Assembly: GCA_031400935.1 (NCBI GenBank)
Contig: JANNQV010000035.1
Span: 1 to 64,000 of the forward strand
Length of the DNA: 64,000 nucleotides
Reading direction: 5' to 3'
Source: Armatimonadota bacterium
GTDB taxonomy: Bacteria; Armatimonadota; Fimbriimonadia; Fimbriimonadales; Fimbriimonadaceae
Below are positions 54,114-63,133 of this stretch, one piece after another; position 1 is the first letter of the stretch, and each line of letters starts with the position of its first letter. The notes under the pieces were generated by a model. It was not told the origin of the DNA. It did no database searches and saw only the letters and a list, made by a program, of their open reading frames with translations. Made by a program: the position numbers and the translations under genes.

Positions 54114-55154
54114 ATGCCGGAAGAGACCTTGACTTACCGAGATTCGGGCGTGAACATTGACGAAGCCCATCGCGCGCTTCGCGCGGTGTTGCCCAGCATT
54201 CAAGCCACATACAACGAATCGGTGGTAACTGGCGTCGGCGGCTTCGGCGGCCTTTTTCAGCTTCAGATCGGCGAAATGCAGAGGCCGCTTTTGGTTTCCA
54301 GCATTGATGGAGTCGGGACCAAAACCAAGGTCGCAGCAATGGTCGGCGACTTTAAAGGGCTCGGCCACGATATAGTCAACCATTGCGTAAACGATATTCT
54401 TTGCCAAGGCGCAAAGCCGCTTTTCTTCCTCGATTATTTCGGCACGAGCAGGCTCAGCGGATTGGTTTTTGAAGATGTGGTAACCGGCGCGGCAGATGCC
54501 TGCGCGGCTGTTGGAGCGGTTTTAATCGGCGGAGAAACCGCAGAGCTCCCTGGCGTTTACCACGATGAAGAAGTGGATATTGTGGGCTCTATAGTGGGGA
54601 TTGTGGATTACGATTTGCGCCTGCCAAGGCAGAAAATGACGTCGGGATGCGCTGTGATCGGAATTGCGAGCGATGGGCTGCATACCAACGGTTTTTCTTT
54701 GGCGAGAAGGGCGCTTTTTGAGGTTGGGGGATTGAGCACCCGGGATGAAGTGCCGGGGCTAAGCTCAACCATCGGCGAAGAGCTGATTCGGCCGCATCGC
54801 TGCTATTTCAATTCGGTTTATCCGATGCTGCAAGATGGCACTCCCATCTATGCGCTGGCGCACATCACCGGCGGCGGGCTGTATGACAACGTCCCGCGCG
54901 TGCTTCCATCCGATATTCAAGTGGTTTTGGAGCGCCGGTCTTGGTCTCCGCTGCCCATTTTCAGGCTGATCCAAGAGGTTGGCAACATCGGCGATGCTGA
55001 AATGTTCCGGTCGTTCAACATGGGAATCGGGATGGTAATGATCGCTGAGCGCGACGCGGCGCTAGGGATTGTGCAAAGGCTGAACGCGGCTGGCGAATGG
55101 GCTGCTGTGATCGGGGAGACTCAGAACGGGCCTCATGATGTTCAGATAGCGTGA
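54114..55154 (+). CDS. purM: Phosphoribosylformylglycinamidine cyclo-ligase
   Basis: TYRDSGVNI, DGVGTK, CVNDIL, FFLDY, GGETAE, GLHTNGFSL, HITGGG, FNMGIG. Confidence 0.97.
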   Translation: MPEETLTYRDSGVNIDEAHRALRAVLPSIQATYNESVVTGVGGFGGLFQLQIGEMQRPLLVSSIDGVGTKTKVAAMVGDFKGLGHDIVNHCVNDILCQGAKPLFFLDYFGTSRLSGLVFEDVVTGAADACAAVGAVLIGGETAELPGVYHDEEVDIVGSIVGIVDYDLRLPRQKMTSGCAVIGIASDGLHTNGFSLARRALFEVGGLSTRDEVPGLSSTIGEELIRPHRCYFNSVYPMLQDGTPIYALAHITGGGLYDNVPRVLPSDIQVVLERRSWSPLPIFRLIQEVGNIGDAEMFRSFNMGIGMVMIAERDAALGIVQRLNAAGEWAAVIGETQNGPHDVQIA

Positions 55155-55211
55155 GGGAATGCAGAATGCGCTTTCGCTCCAAAAGTTCATTGATACGGTA
55201 GACTGTTGTCT

Positions 55212-56237
55212 ATGAGCGAAGCGAGTTTTCTGCTCTATGAGGAATCACCGGGCGTACCTCGAATTCTCGTTCGAGTCGAGGACGAAACTGTTTGGCTGTC
55301 TCAAGCCCAGATGGTTGCGCTTTTCCAAACTACAAAGCAAAACGTCAGCCTACACATTCGAAACATTTTTGAGGAAGGAGAGCTCGATGATATCTCAGTT
55401 GTCAAGGAATACTTGACAACTGCCTCAGATGGAAAGGATTACAGTGTCCTCCACTACAACCTCGATGTCATCATTTCTGTCGGTTATCGAGTGAAGTCCC
55501 ATGTGGGTACGCAATTTCGAATCTGGGCAACTCAGCGATTGAGGGAATACATCGTCAAGGGCTTTACCTTGGATGATGCGCGGCTAAAGGAACAGGCAAC
55601 AGTAACGTATTACTTTGACGAGCTGCTCGAACGCATTCGCGATATTCGCAGTTCGGAAAAGCTGCTTTACAAACGCGTTCGCGAAATTTGCGCTTTGAGT
55701 GTGGACTACAGTTCGGATTCAGCCGACTCTAGGAATTTCTTTGCAACCGTTCAGAACAAGCTTCATTTTGCAGTTTCTGGAATGACCGCCGCAGAAATTG
55801 TAAAGGCTCGTGCCGACTCCAAAGAGCCCAATATGGGGCTGACTTCGTTTAGCGGCGCTGCCGTTCGCAAAAAGGATGTTGCAGTCGCGAAGAATTATCT
55901 CCAAAAGGATGAGATAGAGACGTTGAACTTGTTAGTCGTCCAATTCCTCGATTTTGCAGAGCTGCAAGCTAGGCGTCAACATCCGATTCAAATGGCAGAG
56001 TGGACGGTAAAGCTGGACGATATTTTGCGGCTGAATAGCTTCCAATTGCTAAACGACGCGGGCAGAGTTTCTGCAAAAGTGTCGGAAGAGTTTGCGCACG
56101 ATCAGTTTTCATCTTTCGAAGAGCGAAGAAACGAGGAAAAACGCAAGAAACTTGAGGCATCGCCGGACATTGATGAACTAGGGTCGAAAGCCGCTTCGCT
56201 GCTTGAGGGTAGAGCGAAAAAGAGCAGCAAGAAATGA
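55212..56237 (+). CDS. Virulence RhuM family protein
   Basis: ETVWLSQAQM, YNLDVIISVGYRVKS, FRIWAT..LREYIVKGF, YFDELLERIRDIRSSE. Confidence 0.93.
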   Translation: MSEASFLLYEESPGVPRILVRVEDETVWLSQAQMVALFQTTKQNVSLHIRNIFEEGELDDISVVKEYLTTASDGKDYSVLHYNLDVIISVGYRVKSHVGTQFRIWATQRLREYIVKGFTLDDARLKEQATVTYYFDELLERIRDIRSSEKLLYKRVREICALSVDYSSDSADSRNFFATVQNKLHFAVSGMTAAEIVKARADSKEPNMGLTSFSGAAVRKKDVAVAKNYLQKDEIETLNLLVVQFLDFAELQARRQHPIQMAEWTVKLDDILRLNSFQLLNDAGRVSAKVSEEFAHDQFSSFEERRNEEKRKKLEASPDIDELGSKAASLLEGRAKKSSKK

Positions 56238-56266
56238 GGCAGATGTTCCTTGTGTTTCAACTTGAT

Positions 56267-57184
56267 TCATGCGATGAATTTATTCTTGTTATGCCAAAGT
56301 AATTTGCTCTCGCTTGGCTGATCACGCTCAATTTTGGGCCAAACTTTCAATTGCTTGTTCTCCAGAGCGTAATAGTCCCGACCGTTGTCAAAACGGTCAC
56401 GAATAGCTGGACTAACTCTTACTTGATACTCCGGCGTTATCGTAATCAACCCACGATCGAACAGAAGGTGGAGGTCTGCACGTAACAGGAGTCCATTGGA
56501 GACTTCATGAGTTCGAGCCTCAGAATAGGGTTGGATGTGAGCAGCTTCCAATGCTGGCAAAGTTCGTTCGCCCGTTATTGCGCAACGCCTTTCATAAGCC
56601 TCGGTAACTAAAATTCGAAATGCCCCTTGACCAATTCTAACATTCGTCAATTGCTGAACGTAAGCCTCACTGATTCCTGGGGAATGCAATGAGACAGGAG
56701 TGCCACGGAGCCGTTCAGCAACACGCACAAAGACCTCAGAACCAAATTCAGAATCGCTTCCGTAGGACTTGCCCTGGACAATATTAGGCTTCCAATCTGC
56801 AGGAGCAGGTATCCAGTCATGCTCTTCCAAAAAGAACGGCTCACTGAGTACCACGCATCCTACTGTGGGATCATCAAACACAGTGAAGTCCTTCCGCCTG
56901 AAATGCGATACTCGTTCGGCAAAAGCGGGTAGGTCAGGTACTCCGTTTGCTCTGCCAAAGGCATCCCAAGCCAATGAAATTGGAAGAAATGAGAAGTTGG
57001 TGAAGAATCCGCCGCCAACAATGTAGTTTATTGGGCTCTTCAGCTTGAACAAAAAGAGCTCGTTCTGTTTCAGGACTCTGAATGTTGTTTCACCACCAGG
57101 TTTCCAGAAGTTAATGTCTTCGTGTGATTCACGTCTAAGCTGTTCGAACCAATTACGATCAGTTAGGCCAACGTAGACGCTCAT
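56267..57184 (-). CDS. HNH endonuclease with a PUA/EVE-like N-terminal domain (putative type IV restriction enzyme)
   Basis: VGLTDRNWF, INFWKPG, FLFKLK; RIGQGAFR..V.EAY..RCAITG, LEAAHI, NGLLLRADLHLLFD. Confidence 0.88.
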   Translation of the reverse strand: MSVYVGLTDRNWFEQLRRESHEDINFWKPGGETTFRVLKQNELFLFKLKSPINYIVGGGFFTNFSFLPISLAWDAFGRANGVPDLPAFAERVSHFRRKDFTVFDDPTVGCVVLSEPFFLEEHDWIPAPADWKPNIVQGKSYGSDSEFGSEVFVRVAERLRGTPVSLHSPGISEAYVQQLTNVRIGQGAFRILVTEAYERRCAITGERTLPALEAAHIQPYSEARTHEVSNGLLLRADLHLLFDRGLITITPEYQVRVSPAIRDRFDNGRDYYALENKQLKVWPKIERDQPSESKLLWHNKNKFIA

Positions 57185-57187
57185 CGC

Positions 57188-57685
57188 TCATTCACCTGCC
57201 TTAAATTTCGCAAGCAAAGACCAGGGAACTTCACGAAGTTTAGTGGCAAGATCTTTTACATCCGTTGGTGCAATCTCAGTCAGATCAAAGTAGATCCGAC
57301 TACCTTGAAGGCCACCCATTGAGTCGTATACAAAGTCGGTCTGGCTAAGCTGAGATTGCAAGAAGACCAAACAAGGTCGCTCATTGCGTCGTGTTTTTGC
57401 CCGCACTTCTTCAGCTCTTTCCATTGCTGCAGCATCGTCGATGTCGCCAAATTTCCAAAGGACTTCGTCTGGACCAACTTTATGCAGCTTGATGCACGCA
57501 CTAACGACCCCGATGTACTTTGCGCCATTACTCACGTAATTTGCGATGTATTTGGCGGGATAGTGCTTGTACGAGGGGACAAACCCGTCTTCGGTAGCAG
57601 GGCAACAGTACATTTTGTGCTCGACAAAGTCCATGGGCCACTTAGCCATGTTGACAACAACCATTCGGTTTTCAGGAACACTCAT
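57188..57685 (-). CDS. Hypothetical protein, possibly a PUA-like DNA-binding domain
   Basis: 165 aa between prfA and the HNH gene with 3-nt gaps; YCCPA, HYPAKYIANY, TDF..DSMGGLQGSRIYFD. Confidence 0.75.
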   Translation of the reverse strand: MSVPENRMVVVNMAKWPMDFVEHKMYCCPATEDGFVPSYKHYPAKYIANYVSNGAKYIGVVSACIKLHKVGPDEVLWKFGDIDDAAAMERAEEVRAKTRRNERPCLVFLQSQLSQTDFVYDSMGGLQGSRIYFDLTEIAPTDVKDLATKLREVPWSLLAKFKAGE

Positions 57686-57688
57686 ATC

Positions 57689-58750
57689 TCACTCCAATCC
57701 CTCCCCCAACTTCCTCGCCTGATCTTCTTGAATCAGGGCATCTATCATCTCTTGGATATCGCCGTCCATAAACGCCACCGTGTTATGGACATCCACCTTG
57801 ATTCTGTGGTCGGTGATTCGGCTTTGAGGGAAGTTGTAGGTTCGAATCTTTTCGCTTCTATCGCCCGAACCGATCTGCGAGCGGCGGTCGGCGGCTTGAG
57901 CCTGCTCGGCCCTCAATCTTTCCGCTTCAACCAGCTTTGAAGCCAGCACCTGCAGCGCGCGGAGCTTGTTTTGGGTTTGGCTGCGCTCGTCTTGGCAGGT
58001 GACGATGGTGCCGGTCGGCTTGTGGATGATTCGGATCGCGGTCTCCACCTTTTGCACGTTTTGGCCGCCCGCAGAACTCGCCCGGTAAGTACTGATCTCC
58101 AGGTCCTTTTCGTCAATCTTCACATCGTTGACTTCCACTTCGGGAAGCACTGCAACGGTGACCGTTGAAGTGTGGATTCGGCCGCCTGATTCCGTTTTTG
58201 GAACCCGCTGAACCCGGTGGACTCCGCTTTCAAATTTGAGCTGGCTGTAGGCTCCTGGCGCGTTAACCGTGAAGCAAACATAGCTCGCCCCGCCGATGCC
58301 GGTGTCTTCCAGATCAACGACTTCGTACTTCCATTTTTTGCGCTCTGAATAGCGGGTGTACATGCGGAAAAGCTCAAAAGTAAAGAGCGCGGCTTCATCG
58401 CCTCCGGCGGCTGGGCGGATTTCGATGATGACGGGCTTGTCATCATTGGGGTCTTTAGGAATCAGGTGAACCTTGATGTCGGCTTCAAGCTTTGTGATCG
58501 TCGTTTCTAAGGTTGCCAGTTCTTCTTGAGCCATTTCCCGCATGTCGGGGTCGTCAAGCATCGCCTTTGCTTCAGCTTGCTCGCTGAGTGCCCTTTTATA
58601 GCTGCGAATCGTTGTGACTACGGGATCAAGCTCAGAGCGAAGCTTTCCCAATCGCTGCAGCTCGCTGATTTGAGAGGTGATATTGGGGTCTTGAAGCTGC
58701 TGTTCGACGAGTTCGAACCGCTTCTCGATTTCGCCGAGTTTGTCCAGCAT
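57689..58750 (-). CDS. prfA: Peptide chain release factor 1
   Basis: GGDEAALF, ESGVHRVQRVPKTE (PxT anticodon-mimic motif), AGGQNV, RSEKIRTYNFPQ. Confidence 0.97.
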   Translation of the reverse strand: MLDKLGEIEKRFELVEQQLQDPNITSQISELQRLGKLRSELDPVVTTIRSYKRALSEQAEAKAMLDDPDMREMAQEELATLETTITKLEADIKVHLIPKDPNDDKPVIIEIRPAAGGDEAALFTFELFRMYTRYSERKKWKYEVVDLEDTGIGGASYVCFTVNAPGAYSQLKFESGVHRVQRVPKTESGGRIHTSTVTVAVLPEVEVNDVKIDEKDLEISTYRASSAGGQNVQKVETAIRIIHKPTGTIVTCQDERSQTQNKLRALQVLASKLVEAERLRAEQAQAADRRSQIGSGDRSEKIRTYNFPQSRITDHRIKVDVHNTVAFMDGDIQEMIDALIQEDQARKLGEGLE

Positions 58751-58781
58751 GTAGGTTCAATTGTACCGGTTATCGGCGCAA

Positions 58782-58840
58782 ATTAGCCCCCTCCATGTTC
58801 GAGGAACGAGAATGAGGAGGGGGTTGGGGGTGGAGTCAAG
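58782..58840 (-). repeat. Family C element, copy 3
   Basis: Reverse complement CTTGACTCCACCCCCAACCCCCTCCTCATTCTCGTTCCTCGAACATGGAGGGGGCTAA. Confidence 0.85.
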
Positions 58841-58889
58841 TATGTTCGCAAAGGAAAATCTAAGGAGATATCCCGTAAACTCCTACTCA

Positions 58890-60509
58890 ATGGCATACCG
58901 CGACTTCCGGCACTTTTTGGACACGCTCGAATCTAAGGGCGAGCTCAAACGGATTTCAGAGCCGATTTCGCCGTATTTGGAAGTCACCGAAATCGCTGAC
59001 AGAGTGATGAAATCTGGCGGACCTGCGCTTCTGTTCGAAAACGTTGTAGGCCCGCCGCACCGGTTGGGAACTCCGAACCCGAAGAGCGCGGTGATGGGGA
59101 ACCCAAGCATTTACAAGGAATGTGTCTTGTCCGTCCCGGGCAAGTCCGGTTCAAAATCAACAGAAAGCCCAAGTCAAGGGGAACTTGTCCGGGACGGACA
59201 AGACACATTTCGAACCAAATACAATTTCCCCATCGCCATCAACACAATGGGCAGCAGAAAACGAATGTCCATGGCACTAAGCTGCGAGGATTTCGAAGAG
59301 CACGCCCAGCGGATTGCATCGCTTCTCAAACCGGAACTCCCGAAAGGTCCGATAGAAGCCCTAAAACAACTTCCCAAACTACTTGGAGAACTAAAGAACA
59401 TTCCCCCAAAAACGGTTTCTAGCGGAGCATGTCAGAAAATCGTCATGCAGGGTGACGAAGTTGACTTGACCAAACTTCCTATTCTCACTTGTTGGCCGGA
59501 AGATGGCGGGCCGTTCATAACATTGCCACTTGTGTTCACTTACGACCCAGATACAGGCAAACGAAACGTGGGAATGTACCGAATCCAGATTCACGACAAA
59601 AACACTTGCGGAATGCACTGGCAGATGCATAAAACTGGTGCGCGGCACATGGAAGCTGCCCAGGCGAAGGGCAAACGGATTGAGGTTTGCGTGGCGCTGG
59701 GCGGCGATCCGGCATTGACGTTTTCGGCGATTGCTCCACTCCCGCCAGGCATGGATGAAATGCTCTTTGCGGGTTTTCTCCGTAAGGAAAGGGTTGATTT
59801 GGTCAAGGCAAAAACGGTGGACATAATGGTTCCTGCGGATGCTGAAATCGTGATCGAGGGCTATGTTGATCCCACCGAAAAAAGGCTAGAAGGGCCGTTC
59901 GGCGACCACACCGGCTATTACTCTCTTGCCGAAGATTTTCCGGTCCTACATGTCACCGCCATTACAATGCGCGAAAACGCGATTTATCCAGCCACCATCG
60001 TCGGCCAGCCACCGATGGAAGATGGCTGGATGGGAAAGGCGGTCGAGCGGATTTTCCTTCCCATGATCCAGCTTACAGTTCCTGAAATCGTGGATATGAA
60101 TTTGCCGGTGGAGTCGTGCTTCCACAATGTCGCTTTTGTATCAATTAAGAAGAAATTCCCGGGCCACGCATACAAAACTATGAACGCGATTTGGGGGCTC
60201 GGCGGCCTGGCTTTTACCAAATTCGTTTACATTTTTGATGAAGATTGCAACGTGCAGGATTTTGGCGAAGTGCTTTTTAGAATTGGGGCAAACTGCGATC
60301 CTGGGCGTGATACTCTACACACAAAAGGGCCGGTAGATCAGCTTGACCATGCTTCTGTTGCTGAGGGTTTTGGCGGGAAATTGGGATTCGATTGCACCCA
60401 CAAATGGCAGGGGGAAAATGGGTTCTCGCGGGATTATCCAAAGCTGATCACGATGGCTGATGATGTCAAGGCGCGGGTTGATGAGATGTGGGGAAAGTTA
60501 GGTTTGTAA
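58890..60509 (+). CDS. ubiD: UbiD-family (MqnL-type menaquinone biosynthesis) decarboxylase
   Basis: GGPALLFEN, LPILTCWPEDGGPFIT, RNVGMYR, MHWQ, EGPFGDHTGYY, VGQPPMED, LDHAS. Confidence 0.92.
   Translation: MAYRDFRHFLDTLESKGELKRISEPISPYLEVTEIADRVMKSGGPALLFENVVGPPHRLGTPNPKSAVMGNPSIYKECVLSVPGKSGSKSTESPSQGELVRDGQDTFRTKYNFPIAINTMGSRKRMSMALSCEDFEEHAQRIASLLKPELPKGPIEALKQLPKLLGELKNIPPKTVSSGACQKIVMQGDEVDLTKLPILTCWPEDGGPFITLPLVFTYDPDTGKRNVGMYRIQIHDKNTCGMHWQMHKTGARHMEAAQAKGKRIEVCVALGGDPALTFSAIAPLPPGMDEMLFAGFLRKERVDLVKAKTVDIMVPADAEIVIEGYVDPTEKRLEGPFGDHTGYYSLAEDFPVLHVTAITMRENAIYPATIVGQPPMEDGWMGKAVERIFLPMIQLTVPEIVDMNLPVESCFHNVAFVSIKKKFPGHAYKTMNAIWGLGGLAFTKFVYIFDEDCNVQDFGEVLFRIGANCDPGRDTLHTKGPVDQLDHASVAEGFGGKLGFDCTHKWQGENGFSRDYPKLITMADDVKARVDEMWGKLGL
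59119..59209. repeat. Family A REPIN-like element inside the ubiD coding sequence
   Basis: AATGTGTCTTGTCCGTCCCGGGCAAGT ... ACTTGTCCGGGACGGACAAGACACATT. Confidence 0.9.
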
Positions 60510-60511
60510 TC

Positions 60512-60847
60512 ATGACAACCGAACTTAGATACCTAGTTCTCAATGCGCTGCTGAAGGATCGCACGAGAACTTGCCATGAGCTTTTTCAGGCGACTGCTGA
60601 GCACCTTCTCGATCCTAAAACTAGTGACCGACACCTAAATCAAATGCGAAAGGACCGACCCAAATTTCTACAAGCAATTAGGGCAGGCAAGAAACAGGGT
60701 CAGAACGCTGAAAGAATTGGCAATGCAATGTTGGACACAAAGGTGAGTGACGGAGCCGTAGCAATAGTTGTTGACCAACTGATACTCGGTGACTCGATCA
60801 GTGAGGATGCTGTCGTCAGAATTTGTGCCGGGGTTCTCGCACCCTAA
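60512..60847 (+). CDS. Hypothetical protein
   Basis: 111-aa ORF starting 2 nt after the ubiD stop. Confidence 0.55.
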   Translation: MTTELRYLVLNALLKDRTRTCHELFQATAEHLLDPKTSDRHLNQMRKDRPKFLQAIRAGKKQGQNAERIGNAMLDTKVSDGAVAIVVDQLILGDSISEDAVVRICAGVLAP

Positions 60848-60875
60848 CGATTTCCTCATAACCCCCAGATACAAT
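60844..60875 (+). promoter_or_regulatory. OmpR-type direct-repeat box plus -10 element
   Basis: CTAAC-N6-CTCAT, 10 nt, TACAAT, 6 nt, GTG. Confidence 0.55.
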
Positions 60876-60881
60876 AGCTCC

Positions 60882-61556
60882 GTGCGCATTCTCATCGTAG
60901 AAGACGAACCTGATATCGCGGAAGGGATGGAGATTGCCCTTCGGCGCGAGGGGTATCGCCCCGAAATCGCCACGAACGGAACCGATGGCGAGGAAATGGC
61001 GATGATGCACAGCTATGGCGCAATCCTTTTGGATGTAATGCTCCCCGGCAAAAGCGGCACCGAGGTTTGCCGAAACTTGAGGCGGTGCGGAATCACAACC
61101 CCGGTTCTGATGGTGACAGCACGCGATCAAATTTCAGACAAAGTCGGCGGGCTAGATGTTGGAGCTGATGACTACCTCGTGAAGCCCTTTGCGATCGAGG
61201 AGCTTCTTGCAAGAATTCGAGCCATAACGAGAAGAGAGGGGTCCAGAAGAAGCGTGAGAATTGAAGTCGGACCAGTTGCCATTGATACCGTTGACCAAAC
61301 AGCGACTTTGAACGGCCAAATCGTCAAGCTCACTCAAAGGGAGTTTTCACTATTGGAAGCACTGGCTCAAAATGAAGGAAGGATACTCTCAAGAGATACA
61401 ATTCTGGACCGGATTTGGAACACCGAAGAGGCTTTGCCAAACACGGTGAACTTCCACATGAAATCGCTCAGGCGGAAGATTGATCCCGAAGGCAAACTGA
61501 TCCATACCGTTCATGGATTCGGCTACAGGCTTCATTGGGAGGGCGAACCCGTTTGA
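60882..61556 (+). CDS. OmpR-family response regulator
   Basis: RILIVEDE, LLDVMLPG, GADDYLVKPF, LTQREFSLL, IHTVHGFGY. Confidence 0.96.
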   Translation: MRILIVEDEPDIAEGMEIALRREGYRPEIATNGTDGEEMAMMHSYGAILLDVMLPGKSGTEVCRNLRRCGITTPVLMVTARDQISDKVGGLDVGADDYLVKPFAIEELLARIRAITRREGSRRSVRIEVGPVAIDTVDQTATLNGQIVKLTQREFSLLEALAQNEGRILSRDTILDRIWNTEEALPNTVNFHMKSLRRKIDPEGKLIHTVHGFGYRLHWEGEPV

Positions 61557-63070
61557 GCCGCCAATCTCTTCGCACAAAGCTGACCATTTGGAATGCGGCG
61601 TTGTTTCTGGTCGCGATTCTTGCATTTGGCGGGCTACAAGTTTGGCTGGCAACTCAATCTGCGGAAAAGATTTTGGATCAAGCACTTATCACAAGGGCGG
61701 AGGGTGCAATCCGCGGAGGAAGGCCGCGAGGAGGCCCATTTGGAATGGGCGGACCTCCGGGCGGCCAAGGCGGGCAGCAACCGCCCGATCAGGTTCCGAA
61801 TGGTCAGCCAAACAGCCAGCCCAATCCTAACGGCGGCCTAGGAAACCCTGGTGGGATTGTTCCAAGGCAAGGCGGACCACCGCCGGAGTCGCCCGGATCG
61901 CCGTTTTTCTTTCGCCGTCCGGCGTTCATCAATGCCGACGGCTCGTCAGGTGAACCTCAACAAAACATCGGCCCCTGGGCGCCAAATCTCGTTCAAAAAA
62001 CATTAAACGGAGAATTGCAGCGAGGCTACGTTACGGTTCAAGAGACTCGCTTGAGAGTCATTTCTCTGCCGTTTGCCAGGCCGGATGGCAAGTTTGATGC
62101 GGTTCAAGTTGTGCAGGAGGCCGCCGGAATCGAACTTGCACAAAAGGCGCAGATTCTCAGTATGTTGTCAACTCTGCCAATTGTCTTGCTCATTTCGTTC
62201 GGGCTTTCTCTCGTGCTATCGAGGCTTGTTCTGGTGCCTGTTGCAAAGCTAACGAAAGCAGCTGAGGTACTTGCGCAAAATCCAAGTTCAAAGGAAAGAA
62301 TCGAGTCCGGCGGCGATGACGAAATGGGCAGATTGTCGAACTCCTTCAATCAGATGACAGACCAAATGCAGCTTGCAAATGCTCAGCTTGCCGAATCTTT
62401 GGAAAGGCAAAAGCGGTTTACAAGCGACGCTGCTCATGAACTGAGAACACCCCTTACCAGCATTGCTTTAGCGGCTCAGAACGGTTTGCATGACAACGCG
62501 ACGGAAGAGGATAAACTGAGATCGCTCCAGATCATTGATCGCTCTTCGGCTTCTTTGAGAAGGCTAACGGACATATTGCTTTCGCTGGCAAGGATTGATG
62601 CGGGAAAGACCTCAATAGAGCTTTTGCCGCTTTTGATTGCCTCTGTTGTTCCCGAAGCGATTGCAAACGCAGGATTAGACGGCGACACCAGAATTCGTGT
62701 CGAGATTGAATCAAATTGCCCAAAAGTCATAGCAAATGCTGACGGCTTGCGCCAAATCTTAACCAATCTGCTGACAAACGCCGCCGCCGCAACGCCAAAA
62801 GACGGATTCATTTTGATCGCCCAGACGGGAACGAGCATTAGAGTTCAAGATTCAGGATCGGGAATTGCACCCGAGCATTTGCCAAAGCTGTTCGACCGGT
62901 TTTATCGAGTGGATACTTCACGAACGAAGGCTTCAGGTGGATTCGGTTTGGGCTTGGCGATCACTAAGGCATTAGTTGAAGCGCAAGGTGCCGGAATCAC
63001 AGTTTCAAGCAGCGTCGGGGTGGGAACGACATTTTCTATAGAATTTTCAAAAAGTGATCAAAACTCATAA
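61553..63070 (+). CDS. HAMP-domain sensor histidine kinase
   Basis: Two TMs; DEMGRL..SFNQM, DAAHELRTPLT, NLLTNA, DSGSGI, LFDRFYR, GFGLGLAI. Confidence 0.96.
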   Translation: MSRQSLRTKLTIWNAALFLVAILAFGGLQVWLATQSAEKILDQALITRAEGAIRGGRPRGGPFGMGGPPGGQGGQQPPDQVPNGQPNSQPNPNGGLGNPGGIVPRQGGPPPESPGSPFFFRRPAFINADGSSGEPQQNIGPWAPNLVQKTLNGELQRGYVTVQETRLRVISLPFARPDGKFDAVQVVQEAAGIELAQKAQILSMLSTLPIVLLISFGLSLVLSRLVLVPVAKLTKAAEVLAQNPSSKERIESGGDDEMGRLSNSFNQMTDQMQLANAQLAESLERQKRFTSDAAHELRTPLTSIALAAQNGLHDNATEEDKLRSLQIIDRSSASLRRLTDILLSLARIDAGKTSIELLPLLIASVVPEAIANAGLDGDTRIRVEIESNCPKVIANADGLRQILTNLLTNAAAATPKDGFILIAQTGTSIRVQDSGSGIAPEHLPKLFDRFYRVDTSRTKASGGFGLGLAITKALVEAQGAGITVSSSVGVGTTFSIEFSKSDQNS

Positions 63071-63095
63071 ATCTCTCATGTCGAAGTGGGAAAAT
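63064..63095 (+). promoter_or_regulatory. OmpR-type direct-repeat box plus weak -10 element
   Basis: CTCAT-N6-CTCAT, 10 nt, GAAAAT. Confidence 0.6.
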
Positions 63096-63133
63096 GAGTT
63101 CAATGAAGCAATGATTTGCATTCAGGTGAAACC

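Noticed and set aside
57689..58750. prfB-type programmed frameshift
   Set aside because: Continuous ORF with the PxT motif of RF1.
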